The notes below the pieces were generated by a model that saw nothing but the letters and a program-made list of their open reading frames with translations, did not search any database and was not told where the DNA came from. A program made the translations under genes and the position numbers. DNA of 64,000 nucleotides from an uncultured Actinomycetes bacterium (GTDB lineage Bacteria; Actinomycetota; Actinomycetes; Streptosporangiales; Streptosporangiaceae): contig CAVYEG010000017.1 in the NCBI GenBank assembly GCA_963767565.1, positions 27,400 to 91,399 on the forward strand, in the 5' to 3' direction. Below are positions 27,535 through 35,510 of the stretch, one piece after another. Position 1 is the first letter of the stretch; every line of letters starts with the position of its first letter.

Positions 27535-27570
27535 ACCGAGAGCCTACGCGACACCGCTCCGAGGCTGGCG

Positions 27571-28410
27571 CTACCCGGAGGGGCTCGAGGCCGTGCCGCC
27601 CGCGGGACCGGATGCGGACGTCGAGCCCGGGGTGAAGCTCAGCGTGACCGGCAGCTGGGTCTGGGTGGTCTGGCGCTTGCCGTTCACGGTCAGCACGACG
27701 CCGCCCGGGTTGCCCAGGCGGATGTTCACCGCCTGCTTCTCGGTCCAGGTCATCGAGCCGCCGGCCGGGACGACACCCATGTAGATCTGCGACCCGTCGT
27801 TGCTGTCGGTCAGCAGCACCCAGCATTCCTCCACCGCGGCGAGCTTGATCACCACGTCACTGGCGGCGGTGTGCGTCGGTGACGGCTGGGGCGACGGCGT
27901 GGCCGGGGCCGTGGGACGGACCGAGGGATGGCTGGTGGGCGGGGCCGAAGCCAGGTGCTTGCCGCTGCCGCCCCGGGTAGCCAGGTGATAGGCGCTGAAC
28001 CCGATGATGGCCAGCAGCACCACGGCCACGATCATGGCCAGGCTGGGCGAGCGCCGTTCCCTGATCTTGATCGGCCGGGAGGGCTCGAACACGTCGGCCG
28101 CCCGCATCGCGTGCGGCGGCCCGTGGTCGGCGTCGTACTCGCCGATCAGCGGGGCGGGGTCGGTTCCGATGGCGCCGGCGATGCTGCGGATGTGGCCGCG
28201 GGCGTAGAAATCGCCGCCGCAGGCGGAGAAGTCATCGTGCTCGATGTCCCGGATGATCGATTCCCTGATCCGGGTCTGCTGGCTGACCTGGGCGACGGTG
28301 AGACCGGCCTGACGACGTGCGCCCGTCAGGGATTCACCGATGCTCACGCTGCGCCTCCCCGTGCTTGCGGTGTCGATGAGGCACTCCCCGAGTGCGGGGG
28401 CCATCACCAA
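27571..28410 (-). CDS. RodZ-like HTH membrane protein (HTH + TM + Pro-rich linker + DUF4115-like C-terminus)
   Basis: IGESLTGARRQAGLTVAQVSQQTRIRESIIRDIEHDDFSACGGDFYARGHIRSIA, a TM segment LAMIVAVVLLAIIGF, and a C-terminal beta-rich domain. Confidence 0.7.
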   Translation of the reverse strand: MVMAPALGECLIDTASTGRRSVSIGESLTGARRQAGLTVAQVSQQTRIRESIIRDIEHDDFSACGGDFYARGHIRSIAGAIGTDPAPLIGEYDADHGPPHAMRAADVFEPSRPIKIRERRSPSLAMIVAVVLLAIIGFSAYHLATRGGSGKHLASAPPTSHPSVRPTAPATPSPQPSPTHTAASDVVIKLAAVEECWVLLTDSNDGSQIYMGVVPAGGSMTWTEKQAVNIRLGNPGGVVLTVNGKRQTTQTQLPVTLSFTPGSTSASGPAGGTASSPSG

Positions 28411-28464
28411 GTGTAGACAGCAAACAGTACGGGATCGGTGTACGGCGGATGGCAGTTCCGCGTG

Positions 28465-31236
28465 TTAGCCACCCCGCAGCAATTCGATCGTGCTCTCCAG
28501 GTCCTCCGGCCTGACCAGCACGTCCCGGGCCTTGGAGCCCTCGCTCGGTCCGACGATGCCGCGGCTTTCCAGCAGGTCCATCAGCCGCCCGGCCTTGGCG
28601 AAACCGACCCGCAGCTTGCGCTGCAGCATCGACGTCGAGCCGAACTGGGTGGTGATGATCAGCTCCGCGGCCTCGATCAGGTACCCGAGGTCGTCGCCGA
28701 TGTCCGAGTCGATCTCGCGGGTGCGTTCCGGCGCGGCGGCGACGTCCTCCCGGTAGACCGGCTCGGCCTGCTTCTTGGCGTGCGCGACGATCTCGCGGAT
28801 CTCCTTCTCCGACACGAACGCGTTCTGCAGCCGGATCGGCTTAGACGCGCCCATGGGCAGGAACAGCGCGTCGCCCTGCCCGACCAGCTTCTCCGCGCCG
28901 GGCTGGTCCAGGATGACCCGGGAGTCCATCAGGGACGAGGTGGAGAAGGCCAGCCGGGACGGGACGTTGGCCTTGATCAGGCCGGTGACCACGTCCACGC
29001 TGGGCCGCTGGGTGGCCAGCACCAGGTGGATCCCGGCCGCCCGGGCCAGCTGGGTGATGCGGACCACGGCGTCCTCCACGTCGCGGGGCGCCACCATCAT
29101 CAGGTCCGACAGCTCGTCCACGATCACCAGCAGGTACGGGTAGGGCTGGTAGACGCGCTCCCCACCCGCCTCCCCTCCCCCCTTCCCGTGCGGCGGGACC
29201 AGCTTCCCGGTCCGCACGGCCTTGTTGAAGTCGTCCACGTGCCGGAACCCGCTGGCGGCCAGGTCGTCGTAGCGGCGCTCCATCTCGCCGACCACCCAGT
29301 CCAGCGCCTCGGCCGCCTTCTTGGGGTTGGTGATGATCGGGGTGATCAGGTGCGGGATGCCGTCGTAGATGGTCAGCTCGACCCGCTTGGGGTCGATCAG
29401 GATCATGCGCACCTCGTCCGGCGTGGCCCGGACCAGGATCGAGGTGATCAGGCCGTTCAGGCAGACCGACTTTCCGGCCCCGGTGGCGCCGGCGATCAGC
29501 ACGTGCGGCATCTTGGCCAGGTTGGCCACCAGCACCCGGCCCTCAACGTCCTTACCCAGCCCGACCACCATCGGGTGATGATCGGAGACCGCCACCTGCG
29601 ACTTGAGCACGTCGCCCAGGCTCACGATCTCCTTGTCCGCGTTCGGGATCTCGATCCCGATGGCCGACTTGCCCGGGATCGGCGAGACGATCCGGACGTC
29701 CGCGCTCTTGACCGCGTATGCGATGTTCTTGGACAGGTTGGTGACGCGTTCCACCTTGACCGCAGGGCCGAGCTCGATTTCGTACCTGGTCACCGTCGGT
29801 CCCCGGCTGAACCCGGTGACCGCCGCGTCCACCTGGAACTGCTCCAGCACCTCGGTCAGCGCCTCGACCACGATGTCGTTGGCCCGGGTCCGCTGCTTGG
29901 GTGCCGTGCCCGGCCGCAGCAACGCCACCGGCGGCAGCGTGTAGCCGCCCAGCGCGGCCCCGGTCAGCGTGAGCTGCTCGGGCTTGCCGGCCGGGGCGGC
30001 CGCCTTCCCGGCCGCGCCCGCCGAGACGGACTCGGGCAGGCCTGCGTCGGCCGCGGCGGCAGCGGGGGCCCCGGCCGGGGACGCGTCGGAGGTGCCGAAG
30101 CCGAGCGCCTCGATCAGGCCGTCCTCGCCGTCGTGGACCGAGCCCGCCCGGCCGCCCGGACCCGGAGCCGCGCCCGCGACCGCCTTGGCGCCGCGCTTGT
30201 CCGGCTCGATCAGCGGCGTGTCGTAGGGCTTGACCCGGTCGCCGGACTCGATCGCAGGCCGGAGCTTGAGCCGGCCGGTGAGCTGGGCGCGGCCTCTGAT
30301 CCCGGTGCTGGCCTCGTAGTCCTCGTCGACCTCCAGGCCGTCCTGGTCCTCCTCCGGCCGCGGCTCGGCCCGGCCGAGCAGGACCCGCAGGTCGTAGAGG
30401 CGGTCAGGGATCTGGTGCAGCGTGGTGCCGGTGATGAGCAGCACGCCGAACAGCGACAGCAGGGCCAGCAGCGGCGCCGCCACCCAAGGCGACAGCGCGC
30501 TGACCAGCGGGCTGGCCACCGCGTAACCGACCAGGCCGCCGCCCGCGTGCATGGCCACCGGGCCGTCGGACGGACGCGGCGTGCCCTTGGCGATGTGGAT
30601 CAGGCCCAGCAGGCCGAGCAGCAGCGCGGTCCAGCCGATCACGGCCCGCCTGGTCGCCGAGTTCCGGTCCGGATGACGCAGGAACCGCCAGGCCAGCAGC
30701 GCGACGAGCACCGGAGCCAGGAAGGCCAGCGACCCGAAGCCGCCGATGACCACCTTCTGGATGCCGTGGCCGGCCGCGTTGTCCAGGTGCGCCCACAGGC
30801 CGCCCGCGAGCACCACGGCCACCGCGAGGATGAACAGGCCCAGCCCGTCCCGGCGGTGGTGCGGCTCCAGGTCGCGGGCGCCGCGGCCGATCGACCGGAC
30901 CGCGAACCCGAGGCCGCCGGCCAGCAGCATCCAGAGCTTCGCGATCGTCCGGCCGATCCAGACGGCCAGGATCGCGACCGGATTGCGCGGGCGGGGGGGC
31001 CGCGCGGGCGGGCGCCCCTTCGGCCTGCCCGGCGGGCGCTTCTTTGTCTTGCTGCCCGGACGGCCCGGTCCTTTTTTCCCCGAACGGGCCGGGCTGTTCC
31101 GCCCCGCCCCGCTGCTCGCCTTCCGGCGGGGCGGCTGGCCCGACCAGTTCTCTGACGTGCCGCGACGGCCCGCGCCGGCCTGGCCGGCGCGGGTGCCGGG
31201 CTGACGGGCAGGTTCCGTCCGGACACGGGTCGCCAT
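28465..31236 (-). CDS. ftsK: DNA translocase FtsK
   Basis: N-terminal TM block, Pro/Ala linker, motor domain (HVLIAGATGAGKSV, LLVIVDELSDLMM) and a gamma wHTH (STSMLQRKLRVGFAKAGRLMDLLE). The start is taken at ATG 31236, because the ORF extension to 31395 overlaps the divergent gene. Confidence 0.9.
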   Translation of the reverse strand: MATRVRTEPARQPGTRAGQAGAGRRGTSENWSGQPPRRKASSGAGRNSPARSGKKGPGRPGSKTKKRPPGRPKGRPPARPPRPRNPVAILAVWIGRTIAKLWMLLAGGLGFAVRSIGRGARDLEPHHRRDGLGLFILAVAVVLAGGLWAHLDNAAGHGIQKVVIGGFGSLAFLAPVLVALLAWRFLRHPDRNSATRRAVIGWTALLLGLLGLIHIAKGTPRPSDGPVAMHAGGGLVGYAVASPLVSALSPWVAAPLLALLSLFGVLLITGTTLHQIPDRLYDLRVLLGRAEPRPEEDQDGLEVDEDYEASTGIRGRAQLTGRLKLRPAIESGDRVKPYDTPLIEPDKRGAKAVAGAAPGPGGRAGSVHDGEDGLIEALGFGTSDASPAGAPAAAAADAGLPESVSAGAAGKAAAPAGKPEQLTLTGAALGGYTLPPVALLRPGTAPKQRTRANDIVVEALTEVLEQFQVDAAVTGFSRGPTVTRYEIELGPAVKVERVTNLSKNIAYAVKSADVRIVSPIPGKSAIGIEIPNADKEIVSLGDVLKSQVAVSDHHPMVVGLGKDVEGRVLVANLAKMPHVLIAGATGAGKSVCLNGLITSILVRATPDEVRMILIDPKRVELTIYDGIPHLITPIITNPKKAAEALDWVVGEMERRYDDLAASGFRHVDDFNKAVRTGKLVPPHGKGGGEAGGERVYQPYPYLLVIVDELSDLMMVAPRDVEDAVVRITQLARAAGIHLVLATQRPSVDVVTGLIKANVPSRLAFSTSSLMDSRVILDQPGAEKLVGQGDALFLPMGASKPIRLQNAFVSEKEIREIVAHAKKQAEPVYREDVAAAPERTREIDSDIGDDLGYLIEAAELIITTQFGSTSMLQRKLRVGFAKAGRLMDLLESRGIVGPSEGSKARDVLVRPEDLESTIELLRGG

Positions 31237-31393
31237 GGTTACAAACGTAGCGAGCATCCGCGCCGGGACGAAACACCGCGACCGCGTGTCGCCGGGATGC
31301 GGGCCGGGGGCGGGGGCATTAGCCACGGACCGTTCGGCATAAAAGAGGTGCGGAGCCGGGAACGGGCGCCGGCGGGCGCGGTAGGGTCGGCCC

Positions 31394-32383
31394 ATGCGGG
31401 TCGCGATCCTTGATGATTACCAGCAGGTCGCGCTGGCCAGTGCGGACTGGTCAGCGGTGCGCGAGATAGCCGAGATCCACGTCTTCGCCCAGCACATCGC
31501 GCGGACGGAGGCGCTGGTCAGCGCCCTGGAGCCATACGACGTCGTGGTGGCCATGCGGGAGCGGACGCCGTTCGACGCCGAGCGCCTGAGCCGGCTGCCG
31601 CGGCTGCGGCTGCTGGTCACCACGGGCATGGGCAACGCCGCCATCGACCTGGCCGCGGCGGCCGAGCGCGGGATCACCGTGTGCGGCACGGGCGGCGTCG
31701 GGTCGACGACGGTCGAGCTGGCCTGGGGGCTCATCCTGGCCCTGGCCCGGCACATCCCGGAGGAGGACCGGCGGCTGAAGATGGCCGGCGGGGCGGGCGG
31801 CGCGGCGCTGGCGGACAGCGGCGCCTGGCAGCAGACCGTCGGCACCGGGCTGGACGGCAAGCGGCTGGGCGTCGTCGGCCTCGGGCATCTGGGTCAGCGG
31901 GTGGCGGATATCGGCCGGGCGTTCGGCATGAAGGTGTCGGCGTGGAGCCAGAACCTCGACCCCGACCACGCCAAGAAGGCGCACGTCAAGGCGGTCAGCA
32001 AGGAGACGCTGTTCGCCACCTCCGACGTGGTGACCGTGCACTACAAGCTGAGCCCGCGCAGCGTGGGCCTGGTCGGCCAGGCCGAGCTGGCCCTGATGAA
32101 GCCGACCGCCTACCTGGTCAACACCTCGCGCGGGCCGATCGTGGACAGCGCGGCGCTGCTGGCCGCGCTGCGCTCGGGGTCGATCGCGGGCGCGGCGCTC
32201 GACGTGTACGACGTCGAGCCGCTGCCGCTGTCCTCGCCGCTGCGTTCGGCCCCGAACGTGGTCCTCACCCCGCACCTGGGCTACGTCACCGAGGAGGCCT
32301 ACCGGGTGTTCTACGGCGAGGCCGCGGAGGACATCGTGGCCTTCGCCCAGGGCGCGCCGGTGCGGGTGCTGTCGGGCGGTTAG
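31394..32383 (+). CDS. D-isomer-specific 2-hydroxyacid dehydrogenase family protein
   Basis: NAD-binding motif GKRLGVVGLGHLGQRVA, and NTSRGPIVD...LDVYDVEPLP...VLTPHLGY. Confidence 0.85.
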   Translation: MRVAILDDYQQVALASADWSAVREIAEIHVFAQHIARTEALVSALEPYDVVVAMRERTPFDAERLSRLPRLRLLVTTGMGNAAIDLAAAAERGITVCGTGGVGSTTVELAWGLILALARHIPEEDRRLKMAGGAGGAALADSGAWQQTVGTGLDGKRLGVVGLGHLGQRVADIGRAFGMKVSAWSQNLDPDHAKKAHVKAVSKETLFATSDVVTVHYKLSPRSVGLVGQAELALMKPTAYLVNTSRGPIVDSAALLAALRSGSIAGAALDVYDVEPLPLSSPLRSAPNVVLTPHLGYVTEEAYRVFYGEAAEDIVAFAQGAPVRVLSGG

Positions 32384-32976
32384 CTGCTTGGCTTCCAGGC
32401 GGGGTCGCGGCCGGACAGGCTCAGCGCGCGGTCGAAGGCGTCCGCGTCGTCCGGTACCGGGACGATCGCGGCGAAGCCCTGGTACTGGCGGAACATCTCG
32501 CCCTGGGCCTCGACGGTCTCCAGGAGCGCCTCGGCCAGTTCCTTGCTGCACTGGTAGTCCTGGCCGGTAGCCCTGGCGATGTCCCAGCCGTGCAGCACCA
32601 TCTCGGCGATCAGCATCGCGGCGATGTCGGCAGCCGGGGTTTCGCTGCCCATGACGCTTCGGCCGCCCGCCCAGGCCTCCGGGTCGGACCAGGCTTGGAC
32701 GGCCCTGGCCACCTGGGCCTGGTAGTCGGCGGCGAAGCCGGGCTCGGCGGTGAAGTCCTTGCTCATCAGGTCCTCGGCGACGCTCTTGCCGTAGGCCCGC
32801 TGCTCGGCGGAATAGGCGGTCCACAAGATCGTGTGGTTGAGCAGGGTGCGCAGGTCCCAGTCGGCGCAGGGTGTCTTGCTGTCCAGCTCGCCGGCGTTCA
32901 CGTTCCCGACCACGCGGGCGGTCTCGGCGGCCGCGGCGGACATCAGGGCCGGGCCGTTCTGTTCGTCGGTAGTCAT
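32380..32976 (-). CDS. DinB-like / mycothiol-dependent maleylpyruvate isomerase N-terminal domain protein (TIGR03086-like)
   Basis: ELDSKTPCADWDLRTLLNHTI...EMVLHGWDIARATG is the pattern of this family. The ORF runs to 33039; the internal ATG (MTTDEQ) is preferred. Confidence 0.65.
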   Translation of the reverse strand: MTTDEQNGPALMSAAAAETARVVGNVNAGELDSKTPCADWDLRTLLNHTILWTAYSAEQRAYGKSVAEDLMSKDFTAEPGFAADYQAQVARAVQAWSDPEAWAGGRSVMGSETPAADIAAMLIAEMVLHGWDIARATGQDYQCSKELAEALLETVEAQGEMFRQYQGFAAIVPVPDDADAFDRALSLSGRDPAWKPSS

Positions 32977-33039
32977 CTGTTCACCGTATCTGCAGCGGTC
33001 GGCCTGCTCTTGAACAAACGCGACAGCTACGCTGGTCAC

Positions 33040-34077
33040 GTGCCATCAAGCGGCAACGTAGCCGGTGGGGACGCGGGCCTGGCCGCGTCTGGTTCCGGTG
33101 CGGCGGGTCCCGGTCCGGCCGTTTCCAGTGCGGCGGGTCCCGGTCCGGCCGTTTCCAGTGCGGCGGGTCCCGGTCCGGCCGTTTCCAGTGCGGCGGCGAT
33201 GGGGCGCGGGGTGCTGCGGGCCGGACTGGCGGCGGAGCGGTTCCAGCTGGCTCGGCACTCGCCGTCGGCACCGCTGGCGCCGTTCGTGGACTACTACTGG
33301 ATCGTCCGGTGGGACCTGCGCGGCCAGCCGTCGCACGAGCAGACGATCCTGCCGCACCCCAACGTGAACCTGGCCTTCGAGGCACCCGGAGCCGGGATCT
33401 ACGGCGTGGACCGGTCACTGTTCACGCGGCGGCTTTCCGGCCGGGGCCAGGCGCTGGGGGTGCGGTTCAGGCCGGGGTGCTTCCGGCCGTTCTGGCAGGC
33501 GCCGATCTCGCAGCTCAGCGACCGGGTGGTGCCTGCTACGAGAGTGTTCGGCCCGCTGGCGGAGAAGACGCGACAGGAGATCATCTGCGCCGACTGTGAC
33601 GCCGATATGACGGCGCACGCCGAGTCGCTGCTGTACTCGGCGCTGCCGGACCGCGACCCGGTGGCCGAGCAGGCCGCGGACCTGGTGGCGCTGATCACGT
33701 CCTCTGCCTCGCTGCGCCGGGTGGACGAGCTGTCCGCCGCTTCCGGCTGGTCGGTGCGGAGCCTGCAGCGGCTGTTCGCCGACTACGTAGGCGTCAGCCC
33801 GAAGTGGGTGATGCGCCGGGCCCGGCTGCACGATGCCGCGGAGCGGGCCGACAGCGGCGACGTGGTCGACTGGGCCGCGCTGGCCTTTGACCTCGGCTAC
33901 GCCGATCAGGCCCACTTGACCCGGGAGTTCACCACCACCATCGGGGTGCCGCCGACGCGTTACGCCGCCCCTCCCCCAGGCCGCGCCGTCATGGCGGCGG
34001 GCGCACAGGCGGCTGCGGCCTGGCAGGTTACGGCGGCCGACTTAGGCGGGCGGGCGCTTAGGCGGGCGGGCGCTTAG
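33040..34077 (+). CDS. AraC family transcriptional regulator (DUF6597-like N-domain + HTH_18)
   Basis: FVDYYWIVRWDL...HPNVNLAFE..., and a C-terminal SVRSLQRLFADYVGVSPKWVMRRARLHDAA...LGYADQAHLTREF. The start is ambiguous: GTG 33040 includes the 30-nt repeats, whereas the ATG near 33199 (MGRGVL) excludes them. Confidence 0.75.
   Translation: MPSSGNVAGGDAGLAASGSGAAGPGPAVSSAAGPGPAVSSAAGPGPAVSSAAAMGRGVLRAGLAAERFQLARHSPSAPLAPFVDYYWIVRWDLRGQPSHEQTILPHPNVNLAFEAPGAGIYGVDRSLFTRRLSGRGQALGVRFRPGCFRPFWQAPISQLSDRVVPATRVFGPLAEKTRQEIICADCDADMTAHAESLLYSALPDRDPVAEQAADLVALITSSASLRRVDELSAASGWSVRSLQRLFADYVGVSPKWVMRRARLHDAAERADSGDVVDWAALAFDLGYADQAHLTREFTTTIGVPPTRYAAPPPGRAVMAAGAQAAAAWQVTAADLGGRALRRAGA
33101..33190 (+). 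repeat. 30-nt perfect tandem repeat x3 (would encode AAGPGPAVSS if translated)
   Basis: CGGCGGGTCCCGGTCCGGCCGTTTCCAGTG x3, indexed from ORF 33065..33367. Confidence 0.9.
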
Positions 34078-34160
34078 GCGGCTGCGGCCTGGCAGGTTAC
34101 GGCGGCCGACTTAGACGGGCGGGCGCTTAGGCGGGCGGGCGCTTAGGCGGCTGCGGCGGC
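34008..34160. repeat. 69-nt tandem repeat (about 2.2 units) spanning the stop codons of two convergent genes
   Basis: Units begin with GGCGGCTGCGGCC at about 34008, 34077 and 34146. Each carries two internal GCGGGCGGGCGCTTAG copies. The AraC stop TAG (34075-77) and the minus-strand stop TTA (34143-45) both lie in CTTAG cores. Confidence 0.8.
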
Positions 34161-35126
34161 GGGCACGGTGCGCAGGTTGAGCGGCGGGCGGCCGCGAGCG
34201 GCGTCGAGGGTGCGCCGGATGTCCGCGATGACCTCGGCGGAGGCGGTGCGGATCTGTTTAGGCGTGAACCGGAGGATGATCATCTGGTGGGCGGCCATCC
34301 GGCGCCCGCGGGCCAGCGTGCTGGCGTGGTCCTCGGGAGATGTGTGCCATTCTTGTGAGTCCACTTCGACAACCACACCGAACTCGGGCCACCAGGCGTC
34401 GGGGCTGGCCACGAAGGTGCTGGCCGCGTAGACCATGGGGTTGAACAGCGGCAGGGGCAGGCCGGACTTGACCAGCAGGTCCTTCAGGTCCCCCTCCGCG
34501 GCCGACCGGATGCCTTCGGCCACGTCGGTCAGGGCCTCGCGCAGCAGGGCCGAGCCAACGCTCGGTCCGGCCTTGAGCTCCTCGTGCAGCTGCATGATCT
34601 CGCAGCTCCGGCGCTGTACGGCGTCGGCGACAACAGCCCGCACGTCCCGCAGGCTGTCCAGGTCGCGGGCGGCATCGGCGACGGCCCGCGCAGGCAGGGC
34701 ATACCGCAGCGGCCCGAACCGCCAGATCCGCTCCGGCAGCCGGGTAGTGCGATGAAGCCGGACGAACTCCGCGTCGCGCCGCCGGCGCGACGCGGGCATC
34801 AGGACGTCGATCTGCTCGGCGGCAGGCCCGCGGATACGGTGGTGGCTAAGAGCCGCCGGACCCGTGATCACGCTGGCCGGACCGGCGTAGAGCAACGCGG
34901 CCATTTCCTGCTGCACCCTGGTGGGCGTCCCGGTCGCGGCGATGTAGACGCCTGGCAGCAAGTTCTGCCAAGGGCCGCCGATGCGCAGCTGGTGCCTGAG
35001 CCCGTTTACGGTGATACCCGCCGCCAGCGCTTGACGGCGGGAAATCACATCTAGCTGGTTACCGAGGACCCGGTCGAGTGCATTCCGGTCGAGTGCATTC
35101 CGGTCGGGCGGCGCGATTCTGCTCAT
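34143..35126 (-). CDS. AbiEi_4-like N-terminal domain + DUF559/Vsr-like endonuclease-fold C-terminal domain protein
   Basis: VISRRQALAAGITVNGLRHQLRIGGPWQNLLPGVYIAATG (AbiEi-type wHTH-like) and C-terminal PDAWWPEFGVVVEVDSQEWH...RGRRMAAHQMIILRFTPKQI (DUF559-like). The N-terminus has a 15-nt duplication (DRNAL-DRNAL, about 35076-35105). Confidence 0.55.
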   Translation of the reverse strand: MSRIAPPDRNALDRNALDRVLGNQLDVISRRQALAAGITVNGLRHQLRIGGPWQNLLPGVYIAATGTPTRVQQEMAALLYAGPASVITGPAALSHHRIRGPAAEQIDVLMPASRRRRDAEFVRLHRTTRLPERIWRFGPLRYALPARAVADAARDLDSLRDVRAVVADAVQRRSCEIMQLHEELKAGPSVGSALLREALTDVAEGIRSAAEGDLKDLLVKSGLPLPLFNPMVYAASTFVASPDAWWPEFGVVVEVDSQEWHTSPEDHASTLARGRRMAAHQMIILRFTPKQIRTASAEVIADIRRTLDAARGRPPLNLRTVPAAAAA

Positions 35127-35250
35127 GGATGCATCATGCGGGCGAGGACTGACAATAAGCCTTCCTGGAATGGCAATAAACTGGTACGAAAGTGGATTTT
35201 CTTCGTAAAGTCTCTGGGGACGTTACCCTCTGCAGGCGCTGGGGCGAACG

Positions 35251-35302
35251 ACAGCAATGGACCATCGGTGTCGCTATAACAACAGCAATGGACCATCGGT
35301 GT
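35251..35302. repeat. Two exact 21-nt direct repeats ACAGCAATGGACCATCGGTGT, 31 nt apart, in an AT-richer intergenic region
   Basis: Reconstructed from ORF 35123..35386 (copies at 35251-71 and 35282-302). They lie upstream of the AbiEi/DUF559-like gene. Confidence 0.8.
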
Positions 35303-35420
35303 TGCTGCTCCTGGGAGCAGGAGGCCGATGAGCTGTGACGAGGAGGAGTTACTGGGGTGTACGGGGGTCATGGGGCGGGAGAGCAAGGTTAGCGGCGCGG
35401 AACGGGCCGGCAGCGGCGCG

Positions 35421-35474
35421 GTCCGGGATAGCTTGCGGGTCCGGGATAGCTTGCGGGTCCGGGGTAGCTTGCGG
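35421..35474. repeat. 18-nt tandem repeat x3 (GTCCGGGATAGCTTGCGG) just downstream of the rnj stop
   Basis: Indexed from ORF 35328..35639 (VRDSLR-VRDSLR-VRGSLR). No credible coding frame. Confidence 0.85.
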
Positions 35475-35510
35475 GGCCGGGGCCGGGACCGGCTGGGTGG
35501 TGGGGGTGGG

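Noticed and set aside
31681-33039. The 5' 450 codons of the 798-aa ORF 31681..34077.
   Set aside because: Only the last 345 or so codons, from GTG 33040 or the ATG near 33199, have AraC-family character. The upstream part is a shadow frame over the dehydrogenase and DinB-like genes.
35123-35386. An 87-aa ORF on the minus strand in the rnj downstream spacer.
   Set aside because: It has low GC and atypical codon usage. The odd run HCCCYSDTDG is a by-product of the two 21-nt direct repeats, and there is no recognisable family or Shine-Dalgarno sequence.
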